Shown piece by piece: positions 25,101 to 37,053 of a DNA stretch of 64,000 nt. How positions within the stretch are numbered: position 1 is the stretch's first letter; every line of letters starts with the position of its first letter. This DNA is from Tubulanus polymorphus (lineage: Eukaryota; Animalia; Nemertea). The notes beneath the pieces are model-generated. The model saw only the letters and a program-made list of their open reading frames with translations, did not search any database and was not told the origin of the DNA. The DNA lies in contig NC_134026.1 in assembly GCF_964204645.1 (NCBI RefSeq), positions 29,298,150-29,362,149 on the forward strand, in the 5' to 3' direction. A program made the position numbers and the translations under genes.

Positions 25101-26225
25101 AAGCAATCTCATAAGCCAATGCAAAATCAGAATCACACAATATGTACAAAAGGATTTGTGATAACTTTACTTAAATGAAATTATACCAAAACATTAAAAA
25201 CTTATAACTTACCAGTCCCGAGACAGTCTATATGACTATGAAGTACTTACCCAAGACAAGGAAAGCGACAAAAAGTCTGTTCATGATGATAAAGTCTGCG
25301 AATGATGTCTGAAAGCTGAGAAATCAGTGATTTTCATTCATTTGAGAACTGCCTTATATTCTATCATTATCAGGTCCTGATATGAAGTTTATTTGGTTTT
25401 GAGATTTGATTAAGTCAAATTTGTCAGTTAACATCGACTAAACACTCAAACTGCTTGTCTCTATGTCACTAGCAGCAGGAATGTGATAAACAAACTTCCT
25501 ACTACATGACAGCATCTCATGGAACATATTTTTCAACAATATTACTAGTATTTTATCAGGGATTCAGGAATGAGTGAGTCAGGTGGGGGGTCTACGGATA
25601 ATTAGGTCAGTCTTTCACATTATTAATTTGACAAATCAATCCTGGTAATTACTTGGATGGTATATCTAATGGGGACCCTGTTCTATCCGTCTTTCTGTTG
25701 TTATATCATTTGTATAACTTCTTCATTTCTTATGATTGCAGGAACAAATAGAAGCATTTAAAAAAAAGCACATTTATTCGAGTATGATAGAAACGGAGAA
25801 GGCAGAAAAAGAGTATCTTTTTCATGAATGACTTTGTATTCTACTGATAATTCACTTACATTCAATGTTTGTTGCACTTAACTCTTAATAGTATGATGAA
25901 ATGGATGTCTACATTATTCAGTCATCATTTTGATTATCGTATAAATGTTGATCTACCAGCAGAAGCTGAAACCGCAGTCGGCCGTGCTGCACATTTAGTG
26001 AAATTAGACGACAGGAAAAAAGCTGCAGCACTCGTTGAACTGAACTCCGTCGCTGGAGAAGACAATACAGATACAGTTGCATCAGAAAATACGAATGCCA
26101 GCAACGTAGAGGTACCAGTAATTCCAGCAGAAACTGCTCAACAGTCGGAGACAAATAAGGATTCTAGTAATTCAGAAGCTTTATCTGAAGTGGATACTAG
26201 TAATAAATCAGAATCAAATGGATGA
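22165..26225 (+). CDS. PUS1: tRNA pseudouridine synthase 1 (TruA family), multi-exon
   Basis: [19 protein letters not shown]; catalytic [17 protein letters not shown]; [13 protein letters not shown]; [16 protein letters not shown]; [14 protein letters not shown]; [16 protein letters not shown]; MMKWMSTL; stop at 26223-26225. Confidence 0.95.
22873..22987. repeat. Near-perfect hairpin (52-bp arms, 11-nt loop)
   Basis: 22873-22924 is the reverse complement of 22936-22987 with one mismatch. Confidence 0.95.
22892..23356. mobile_element. Non-autonomous DNA transposon with 9-bp TSD (Mutator/MULE-like MITE) in a PUS1 intron
   Basis: TIRs CGAAGTGGCTACTTGTACGGACCCGTACG and CGTACGGGTCCGTACGAGTAGCCACAGCG; direct repeat ATTTTATAT at 22883-22891 and 23357-23365. 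Confidence 0.85.
23107..23180 (+). pseudogene. tRNA-derived Pol III-like segment inside the MITE
   Basis: A-box TGGTCTAGTGG and B-box GGTTCGAGTCT at tRNA-like spacing, followed by a T-run. The acceptor and anticodon stems do not pair well. Confidence 0.6.
24749..25284 (-). CDS. Secreted 8-Cys acidic peptide, copy 1 (75 aa), nested antisense in a PUS1 intron
   Basis: Exon 1 25251-25284 ([17 protein letters not shown] donor) plus exon 2 24749-24942 gives [79 protein letters not shown]-like element upstream and AATAAA near 24715-24720. Confidence 0.88.
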
Positions 26226-26916
26226 TATTTGTATAAATGTAGTAAATGATGTATGATTGATCGAAATTGATGGATTGAGGAAAGTCATACGAGTGCATTG
26301 GCTCGTCGTGTATGACTGTATAAGTATCTGCATTTCAGATTCAATAAATCCATTTTATCAAATAATATAGTATTCCAGTTACATTCATCGGGGAAATGTT
26401 CGACATAGATTTTGAAATAATATTTTATTCCCGAGTCTTTTTATCACAATGAGTGAGCAAACTAGACATTTATGGATTGAAACAAAATCACTTTATTTTC
26501 AAATCAGTACAAATTACAAAATTATATTATTACTATTATGCTAAAAGCCAGCAGTTACATTCAAGAAAATATCACAGAAAATTCATCGGCACATCATGAT
26601 GTTATACACTGTTAATGTAACACAGATTTAGCATTTGAAATGAGAGGATGTTTTATCAAATTGTATCTCCTCTAATTCTACCTACACTATTCGATTATTG
26701 ATTATACACTTTTGACTAAAATGATACCTATTTCGGAAGCTCAAATGATCGATGGACTATTTTGGTATAAAATATATATTTCAGCTACAAATCATTTTTG
26801 TACAGTGATAAACCTAGAAAAATATATTACATCAATCAATAACGCTTTAATACATAAAACATGTAGGAAACTTAGGCACTTACTTTAAACCTTTTATTAT
26901 TAGGTTGTATATTTAT

Positions 26917-28328
26917 TTAGCTTTCTAAGCTGACAGTAGGAACTGTTGAACTTGGAAGTAAATAATCAGCTTCTGGAGGTACAAAATTATTACTTTTGTT
27001 GATATAGTCCATGAAGGCATCGCGAATTATATGATATTCTTTTTGAGCCTTAGCGCGTTCAATATCTGCTTGATTTAGTTGAATCGACATCACTTCTAAA
27101 TGACGACTTAATTCAGCAATACTGTCTTTAAGAACTTCGACTTGTTGTTCGTAAACCGCTCGTACTTGGTGTAAGTTATCTTTAGCGACCTGTTGTTCAT
27201 ACGTCCTCACCGCGATTATAGCTTGATGTCGTTCTAAATCTTTCTGATTTCGCAGGAATTCCAATTCCTTCTCTTTCTCTTCATCCGCTTTTTTGATTGC
27301 TTTTTCTAAAACTTCTTTATGATATCTGCAGTGAGAAGAGGAAGAGTTTTTGTTTTCAGAAACAGAGTTCACAGGATACCGAGGGAAAGATCAGGGAAAT
27401 AGTAGGTTTTTGTTAATTATATCAACAAAAACCTACTAATAATAAATTAAAGTAGAATTCACAGCTTTAGTGGTTTATAGTCGAGTTGACTGATAGATTT
27501 GCATTACTTTGCCATTTTAGCGGCTTCTTTCGCGGCCACATCTCTCTCCTCTCTGATCGATTTATTAAGAGCTTCTTGTTTTTCTTTACGAAGCTCTCGT
27601 TCACGTTGCGCAACGGTTTCTTTCAGTCTGATCTCTCCTTCCTCTCTCTCTTGTTTCACTTGTTCCAACGCTAATTGTTGCATCACTCCCTCGACCCTTA
27701 AAGCTTCTTCCTACAATTCGAGCGTAATTCACCTGCATTACCAGCTGTATGAAATATAATAGGCCTAACGTATTTAATTATGACGATCTTACTTTGATTG
27801 CCTTTTGATTCTCTTTCTGTATGCGTTTTATAGCTTTTTCATGTTCAATTTTCAGTTTCTCTTCATTCTTTTTGATAGCTGCCTCTTTGATAAGTTCAGC
27901 TTGAGCCCAAACCCGCTGTTCGGCTTCTGACACTGCTAACACGCGTTCTTTGTCTTTTATCTCGCAATTTCGATTGTGAAGATCATCTCCAATATCTGAA
28001 AATAATTTTTGGCGGTGCTTTTTATATTTTTCAGAGATTTTCTAGAAAATACCATTTTTGTTATTGAAGTACCTATTATTTTCCTATGTGTAAAATTCTG
28101 GATAAACACTGGTTTTGTATCTTCATATCTCTTTGGGACAGTGTTGTACCTCGTTACAGGATTCAGGTGGTTATTGTTATTAGCGAGAGAAACTGAATTC
28201 ATCATTGGAAGTCTCGAGGATGAAAGGGGAGGCAAAGATTCTATAGTTTCAGCTTTTGAAGATAGTGCCATCGTGAAACCTATTCCAGGTTTATATTTCT
28301 CATTACTAGTTTTTACTGGCTCATCCAT
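26917..28328 (-). CDS. C6orf163 homolog (coiled-coil protein), multi-exon
   Basis: KRYEDTKPVFIQNFTHRKII|DIGDDL...AEQRVWAQA, a long E/K/Q/A coiled coil and C-terminal RDAFMDYINKSNNFVPPEADYLLP. These resemble human C6orf163 motifs as recalled (FYTHKDILDIG, AEAEVWAQA, AFQKYIN...ADFILP). Confidence 0.75.
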
Positions 28329-29624
28329 AGTATCTGAAATTTGAAAGGAGAAAATTGTATTGTGTTGAAACTTTCAACACCAATATAGCACTGGCCTGAT
28401 TTAGCCTGGCTTTACAGTCCCTACTGCAGATAAGAATGGTTCATTTCCCGTATAGTGATTGACTGACGGACTTGACTTACAGCAGCCAACTTTTCAATTT
28501 CATTCACAAAATTTTTAGTAGTTTTATTTACAACAACGGAGTCTGACAGATGACTTTTTCCTTTTGAAGATTCGTGAAAATTGTACAATTGCTTTGAATC
28601 TATGATTTCATAGAGGTACACCCTATATTGGCCGTCTATAAAGTAGAAAGAAATCTGATTCATACCAGCAAGCAGCAGCAGTAGCAGCACGAGCTGTAGT
28701 AGTTTTGACAGTTCTTCACGATTTGTTTACATTGCCTGATCACACACGACTACCCGTGAGAATACATACGCGCTTTGAAATAGTACAAGATTACTCTGGC
28801 CGTCGGGATGAGTTTTATTCATTAACTGGCGATTATTGAACATTTAAAATAATGAAGAGGTGTTTCTCATATGAATATAAAACCCAGATTGGCCGTTTTA
28901 TTTGTTTGTCAGTGTCAAATCCATAGTAGATTCATTCGCGGAGGTCTAGTAATAAATGCAGGTTCTCATAGCACTGTCAAAATGTGGTTTCGAATCCCAA
29001 GACATCGATCACTTAACGAGTATTTTATTTACTGTTACATGTTACACTTTATTACTTCAGTATTCTGTATTTGGCTATTTCATTGTCTAGCCAATCTTCA
29101 AAAGTAACATGATACAAGAAAACGTATAAATTCTTCTAATGCCTCTGTTAAAGAGCAAGATACATCTTGTGATATATTTTCAATGTAAACAGTTCACCGG
29201 CATTGTAAATAATATAATGAATACAATAATATCGCTATTAAAAACTATAAATACACCAAAAAGTAAACGATGATGCATTTTATTGTAAATTGAATAGATA
29301 TTTACAGTTCATTGGCATTTCTGAATATTTACTGGACAGTTTTTCATTTAAAAATAATGAAACATTTTTCAATGTGACCTACAATACATACATTGGACTA
29401 CAAGAGGCAGTAAACCTTGACTAATTCAGACAGAGTGGTACCACAGCAAAGGTGAATAGTCTAAATTAAAGAATCGACGTATGATAAGGAAAACTGAAAG
29501 GCATGTTAACCAATAAATGAAGAAGTTATTGATCCAAATTAGACAAGGTTTACGTGATACCGGTATATGATATAAACTATAAATTGAATATGGTCAAAGT
29601 AATTTCTACAACGCAGTAGAAAGA

Positions 29625-31837
29625 TTACTCTCTTTTATTGCTCGTATTTTCATTGTTAGGTTCGTATAGACCGGTACCGAAGCTGTATTTTCGTTTGATT
29701 TCCTTCTTATGTTTGACTTTTTGCTTTTGTTTCATCTTGTCTTTGACGACGGCCAATGAAGTCAGGAAGTTTCCAAGAAATAGGATCAGGAATATACCAC
29801 TGAGAACTGGAACCTGAGAAAACATTTTCGATAAAATATCACATCTTCTAAAAACTTTTGAACTAATTGTTTTATTACCTGCCATTCAGTGTGGATGAGT
29901 TGATTTCTGTATAACTGGAACAATGTGTAAGCGTTGTATAGTTGGAAGAACTGCAACATAATTCAAACATTATCATCAACATTTTTTCTTCAATTGATAT
30001 TGAATTGAAATATGGAGTAGAGATACACATACATATACTAAGAATAGGGCCGGCAAAAGGAATGTTAAACCTTTCCACATCCATGAATGAAATCCCTCTA
30101 AAATAGAAAACGAATGTATGAATCTTTTCATGCGATCAATACAGAAAAGTTCTATTTAATCACCTACCAACAGTAATATCCATATTATGACGTTCTCCTA
30201 ATGAACGTAATCGATACAACTGGCCTTGTTGGTAAAATGATTGTAGAAGACTGACACAAACTGAAATGATTAATCATAAGTCATTAAAATCATTTTAAAA
30301 CCGGTATTATAAATACAGTAGGACCTGTAAATTCAGATCATTTGGGATCAATGAAATTCATCTGGATTATGAGAAATCCAGATTATCAAACATCATATTC
30401 TATAGGCCTATACATTTATGTAAAAGTTGAATGTAAATAATATTCAAATTAGAGCAAATTCAGATTAAATTGATCCAGAGAAAGCGTGTTTGACTGTAGA
30501 AGCAGAATCTATTTGACATTGAACTTACACAAGAACAATGAAAAAACCATCAACTGAGTCCGAAACAAGATGTAACCTTCATCTTCTGGCCTGTAAATCC
30601 AATATAAAGATTAACAATATACCGTACCATGAATCATATTTTAAGGGTTTTATTTCTTTTCGAAATGAACCTACCAAATCAAAAATATTCCGGCGCAAAG
30701 GGTGGAAATAAAGTGATGAGTAACCCACCATCCCTTAATCCTAGAAACACAGAAATGCACAAAATCATTGATGAAAAGATATGAAGAGACTGTTGCGGTA
30801 CGCCTAGAGTTGTGCACAGTATGAACTTTACCTTGACCCATTGTTGATCAATATATGTTCACGGATTGTCAAAGTACAATAATACCAAACTAACAGAAAA
30901 TGGAATATCGCATCACTCCATCTGTAATGATATTCCAGTAGACATTATACAAGTACATCTACAGATATTTCAGTCTAAGAAACAGGAACAATATTTTTTG
31001 TAACTTACCGATGATTCACAAATGTTAATAGAACAAATGAAAAAACCAATATGATATAATTCATTATCAGCTTGAAACGTTCATAGTTTTGTTTGTACGC
31101 AAATCTGAAAAAAAATCAACAATGAACTATATGTGGCTGATGAGATATTAGAATCAACAAATAATACCATAAAAATTACACAATTTACCTATCCTCTTTG
31201 CTCAATAAGGAAACATTAACTTGTCCCAGGATAATATTAAGATACAGTCTGAAAACAAGAAGGTTTAATTGAGTAAATAGTTTGTCTCAATGAATCAGGG
31301 TACACATGGCAAACATCGAACATGATCAATACCCATTTTTTTTAGGTAAACTTTCACGAATATCTCTGAACTGTAGTTTTCGGTCAGTAATTCGTTGTTG
31401 TAGTAATTTTATCTTCTGCAGGTCAAAGCCAGATTCTGTTTTACTGAGCCTGGAAACAGTTCAAAATTGAATTAAAAGGGAATCAAATGCTTAAAGGTCA
31501 CAAGGTTTCCCTCCCACACACAAACAAGAACATCCATCCTACCTTTTTAAGCCATCTGATATTGTCTTTAAACGATACGTTTGATGATTGAGGCCAGAAA
31601 GACACTTTTTCTGTTTTTCCGTTACTTCTACTACTTTTTTTGAATATTCTTCATGTGCTCGCTAAAAATATTAACAGTATTGTTTAAAAGAACATAATTA
31701 GTTAATTTTAATTGGATTTGTTCAACACCTCATCATGAGAAATAGATAGCCTTAACAGTGATTACTTCTAGGTTTTCCCATTCCTTATTGAGTTCAAGCC
31801 ATTCTTCGTTGTATCCTGCAACCTTCGAATTATCCAT
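29625..31837 (-). CDS. TMEM120: Transmembrane protein 120 (TMEM120/TACAN family), multi-exon
   Basis: [24 protein letters not shown]; [15 protein letters not shown]; [11 protein letters not shown]; [11 protein letters not shown]; [12 protein letters not shown]; [17 protein letters not shown]; [16 protein letters not shown]; [12 protein letters not shown]. Confidence 0.93.
30316..30496. mobile_element. Degenerate pogo/Tigger-like MITE remnant in a TMEM120 intron
   Basis: TA|CAGT...ACTG|TA ends and repeated TCCAGATT/TTCAGAT subterminal motifs. The TIRs are diverged. Confidence 0.4.
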
Positions 31838-32624
31838 CTTTGATTGTCACCCGGTGAAGCTGTACGAAAACAAGTTTATTGTATGTTGTTCACGAGCAGT
31901 AAATCAAATCATATGTCACTTCCGCATGTTACATGTCATGAACATGCTTCACATGTGAATTTCGTCTCGATCCAATCAGGTTCGAATCCCTGCCGTGGTG
32001 CAAATTTGGTCTCAAAAATTGATTTCTGATGCACTTATCTACATACATCTGACTCATCAACAACAGCTTTTCTCGTTGTTAGTTTTGATCATTTTGTCCA
32101 GCTAGGTTAGCCGTTGCGAGTATGCTGTTAAATGCGATAGGGTTTTGGTTCCAGAAGTCGGGCGGTTAGTGACCGTGTCCAGAAACCAAGTGGCCCAAAA
32201 CTCTTAAAAGCAGATCCAGATTCTTATTTAATAAAGCTCCATCCAGCGTTGTTAGAATTTATATGTTTGAAATGAAATAGTGTAGAATGATTGAAGATAT
32301 TATTACTCGCATGCCACAATGCCTATCAGCTTCAAACCTAGACTGGTTGCCTGTCCAATTCTCGGCATGCCACAGTCTGCCATATCCGCATAGATTCCGG
32401 CGACGGGTCGGAATGAATTGAAAAATTATAATTCTCGCTACTAGAAAGCTGCTGCTACTGTTTAATTGTCTAATTAATTAAAGTGAATTGTATGCATAAA
32501 AATTTGTCATTCCGATCCGCTCGATCTCAGAGTCTCTACCGATTCAAATCACGAGAACAACTAAGAGGATTACTCGAGTTAGAGTGAAACTTTTATTTTC
32601 ATTGACTTAGCAAAAATCGATTTA

Positions 32625-33159
32625 CTAAAATTCCTTGCTGGCGCAGTCTGACCAACATTTCGAAAATTCCGGGGATTCCGAATCATGTTTCGCACAGGTC
32701 TCCTCACATTTCAGAGCATATTCACAACTAGCTACGCAATTGGGATTGTCATCATTTTTACATACATTTTCACAGAAACCTGCTGGTCTGGCGGCAAGTG
32801 TACAGCTTACCACAGCTGAAATATGAATTGAAGTGTCAACGAAGACCAAACGGTTTAAAGCCTATATATTTTCTCATATTCTCGATTGTACATTAAAACT
32901 GTATCATGTATTAGTAGATCCGATAAATTACAACAAACATCGCATCAAACCGATCCCAAATTATGCAAAATCACAAGTATTCCCTATTACTATCACACAC
33001 TGGTTAAAAAGTAAAAAGGATTTAACTTTACTTAAATGAAATAATGGATGAAAGTTGTACCAAAACATTACAACTTATATAACTTACCAGTCCCAAGACA
33101 ATCTTTATGACTATGAAATACTTACCCAAGACAAGGAAAGCGACAAAAAGTCTGTTCAT
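32625..33159 (-). CDS. Secreted 8-Cys acidic peptide, copy 2 (74 aa)
   Basis: Exon 1 33126-33159 plus exon 2 32625-32815 gives [80 protein letters not shown] lies just downstream. Confidence 0.88.
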
Positions 33160-33945
33160 GATGATAAAGTCTGTGAATGATGTCTGGAACCTGAGAAATC
33201 AGTGATTTTCACTCATTTGAGAACTGCCTTATATTCTATCATTATCAGTTCCTGATATGAAGTTTGTTTGGTTTTGAGATTTGATAAAGTCAAATTTGTC
33301 AGTTTACGTCAACTAAACACTCATACTGTTTGTCTCCACGTCGGTAGCTGCAAAATTGTGACAAATAACCTCCCATTACTAATGCTACCACATGGTGGAT
33401 GTACATAACTTTTCCAAATGATTTTTCTAGCCACACGCACATTTCGATTTCCCTTTTATCGGCCAGTTGCACATAATCTAAAAGTGGTCTTCAATTGTCC
33501 GACCGGTCTTAAGCTGTAAGATTAACTATAGAACCAAAATATTTCCTCAGAGGAATTCAGGTCCGTCATCGTTCATTAAAAGCCCCAAATTCAATCTTTC
33601 TTTTCAGCAAACGGATCTTATCTTACGATCGAGCATTGTTTGAAATGTGAATCTACGGGTTGGGGACAGAATTTCATGAAAACCTTAAACGCAGGTAACT
33701 CATTAGGGGTGCGTTTTGCCAGGCATGACCAACAGACGTAAGCAGATCTTCTGACGTCCATCTTGAGCTTGTTGTGGTTATACTAGCGTTTATTCTAGCT
33801 AACGTAACTACTTGTTGATTCTTATGGTATGCTATAGCCTATACTGGAACGTCCAGGTCGTGTTCTGATTGAATTGAAGAGAAAAACTTTTTGGTTTAAG
33901 TTAAAACAAGTTTTTATTGCAGATTTGATGAAACAAAATACGTAA

Positions 33946-34513
33946 TTACTCCGATTTCGGACGTTTGGAGCATTTCGACAAACATTCCGTCATTTCAGGG
34001 GTATCGAATCTTTGTGAACCATAGCAGTCATCCTCGCAAACCATCGCGTATTTGCAGTCGTCGACACAATCAGGATCTGCTTTATCCTTGCAGTAATCCT
34101 CACAGTAATTACTTGGCCTAGCATCCAGTGTACACGTTAACACAGCTGAAACATAAGCGAAAGTCATAATTCAAATCAAGAACTATAAGAATCTCATTGT
34201 GTATGAAATTTTCTAAGCGAATAAGTATCGCAGTTTCCTGCACACAAAATATATGTACCAGCTACGAGATAACATTACAACCCTTTGTTTCCGTGCATTA
34301 AGATAGATCTTCGTGTCCAAAATATATCTTAATTGCTAAACATTTATGAATTCATGTGAAAGCAAAACTGTGAACCAATTGCAAGGTACGTTTTCGTCAG
34401 ACATTGATTACACGTAAAACAATTCATTACGAAGCAGCGTAGTCACCTTTCTGTTCAAGACAACAGTTAAGGTTCTTACCTAGAACAAGGACAGCTACGA
34501 AGACTCTATTCAT
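33946..34513 (-). CDS. Secreted 8-Cys peptide, copy 3 (77 aa, most divergent)
   Basis: Exon 1 34480-34513 plus exon 2 33946-34145 gives MNRVFVAVLVLAVLTCTLDARPSNYCEDYCKDKADPDCVDDCKYAMVCEDDCYGSQRFDTPEMTECLSKCSKRPKSE. Same 34-nt exon 1 and phase-1 intron as the other copies. Confidence 0.87.
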
Positions 34514-35221
34514 GATGATGAAGTGATGGAATAGTGATTCTGGGATCAAGTACTATTCTATGTTGCGTTCATATATATGTGATATCAGCTGATATCAGGT
34601 GTTAATTATTCATGATAACTGTCAGTCAGTAAAACCGGAAATGTGTGTTGATAAACCGTCGAATGTTAAAATCATCTATCACATATTTTTATTGCGCTGT
34701 CGTAATCGGAAATTGCTTGAGTTTCGTGGTTTTAATTGCAGCATTTACATTTCCGTATTGAATTCTCAGTTTATTTGGTTATGTTTGTTGATAAGAATTG
34801 ATATGAATTCAACGTTGTGGATATGGTGGAAATTATTCAAGGTCACGACTGAATTCCAAATCGCTCCTTCCAGGAAATTATATCATTGATGAACCAATTA
34901 CGCGGGCGAGGCATCAATATCAACACATCGCTAGTAGGCCCCTATAAGACTTAGGCTATATATTTCATAAATTCATGAATTAATATATACGTAAGATGAA
35001 TCTTTAGAAACTTTTCATCGTCTGACTAATGTCAGTGAACACGGAAACTATGACGTATACAACACGAGAAATCTTTAACTTGATGATGGAATAGAAATCC
35101 ATGGTGGTCGAAGAGAATAGTATATCATACAAATCATTAAAAATACCAAAAAGTCTTTGTGTTTCGTAGACTTGTTTTTATTGTTTAACGACAAGTTACA
35201 GTGGTATATCTATCGTCTTTC

Positions 35222-36013
<792 letters not shown>

Positions 36014-37053
36014 TCTGACGATGAAAACCAGTGAAGGACCCAAAGTAAGAGCTGTGTTTAGATGATTTGAGATCTCCTTATATACAAATTCAATCCTGTT
36101 TATCGCTACTATATATCAAACATAATTTGTTCTGATAAACTCAAATTGTCAGTTAACAGACTTTAAAAAACCCAAACTATTTGTCTCCATGTCGGCATTA
36201 GTAAGAAATATTACATGGTAAATACATTAGAACAGCCTTGTGCTGATAATTTAGCGATTAGTTTGTTTTTGCCCAACTTTCAGGAAGTCGGTTAAAAAAT
36301 TGAAATATTTATGGTTTTTCGGATTCGAAATTATTTCTGATGTTCTCAATTTTGCATTTAAGTATCTCCAGCATGATATTTATATGTACATAAGCCTAGT
36401 TTTGAAGTTTTGAATTTTGAATGTCTTTTGCCTTATATGACCCTGTGCGCCTAGTTTTGAAGAATGTCATTTGCCTTTGGCTAACCATATTCTTTTCAAA
36501 ACATGGTAACACTACAAAACAAATCTAAGCTTATATTCTGAACTATCTATGCGTTTATTATAAATTCGGAAATTCCAGTTTTCGAGGCGTTTCACTTGCA
36601 AGTTCACGTTATCAGCTGACAATGCGTATATATACATACACATTATGTGAATATGATCGATATACTGCTGATATATATATACAGTGCATTCAGGAATCGA
36701 AACTAAGTGTATGTTCCAGGACGTACAATTATTGCAGCGATTAGAAATATTGAAACCTACAATGAATATAATAACTGTTGTTGAGGTTAGTAAATGCGAG
36801 TGCATGCGTTTAGTTTAGGGGTTTTCAGAAATACTTTATGTCGCAGGTATTTTCATTAGATTTACCCTACGAGCAATCATCGTAGCTCGTAGATTTACCA
36901 AATCAGGTTAAGGGGGGAGAATTGTATACAACTCGCAGTCAATGCGGAAGTTTCTAATTTGGTTACATACAACAGAGAACCAAATATTTTGCTTTCAGAG
37001 GTAGTATTTGGTTGAATTCTAGCCATTCGTCCAAATGGTCGTTTAAGTAGATA

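Noticed and set aside
31972-31992. GGTTCGAATCCC B-box as part of a tRNA
   Set aside because: No upstream A-box or cloverleaf; it sits in the TMEM120 promoter beside a CCAAT box.
32140-32190. Hairpin with a UAGUG loop resembling an iron-responsive element
   Set aside because: The loop is not CAGUGN and the hairpin is not in an evident UTR.
32404-32520. 13-bp inverted repeat CGGGTCGGAATGA / TCATTCCGATCCG
   Set aside because: Possibly a MITE relic, but no TSD or clear ends could be defined.
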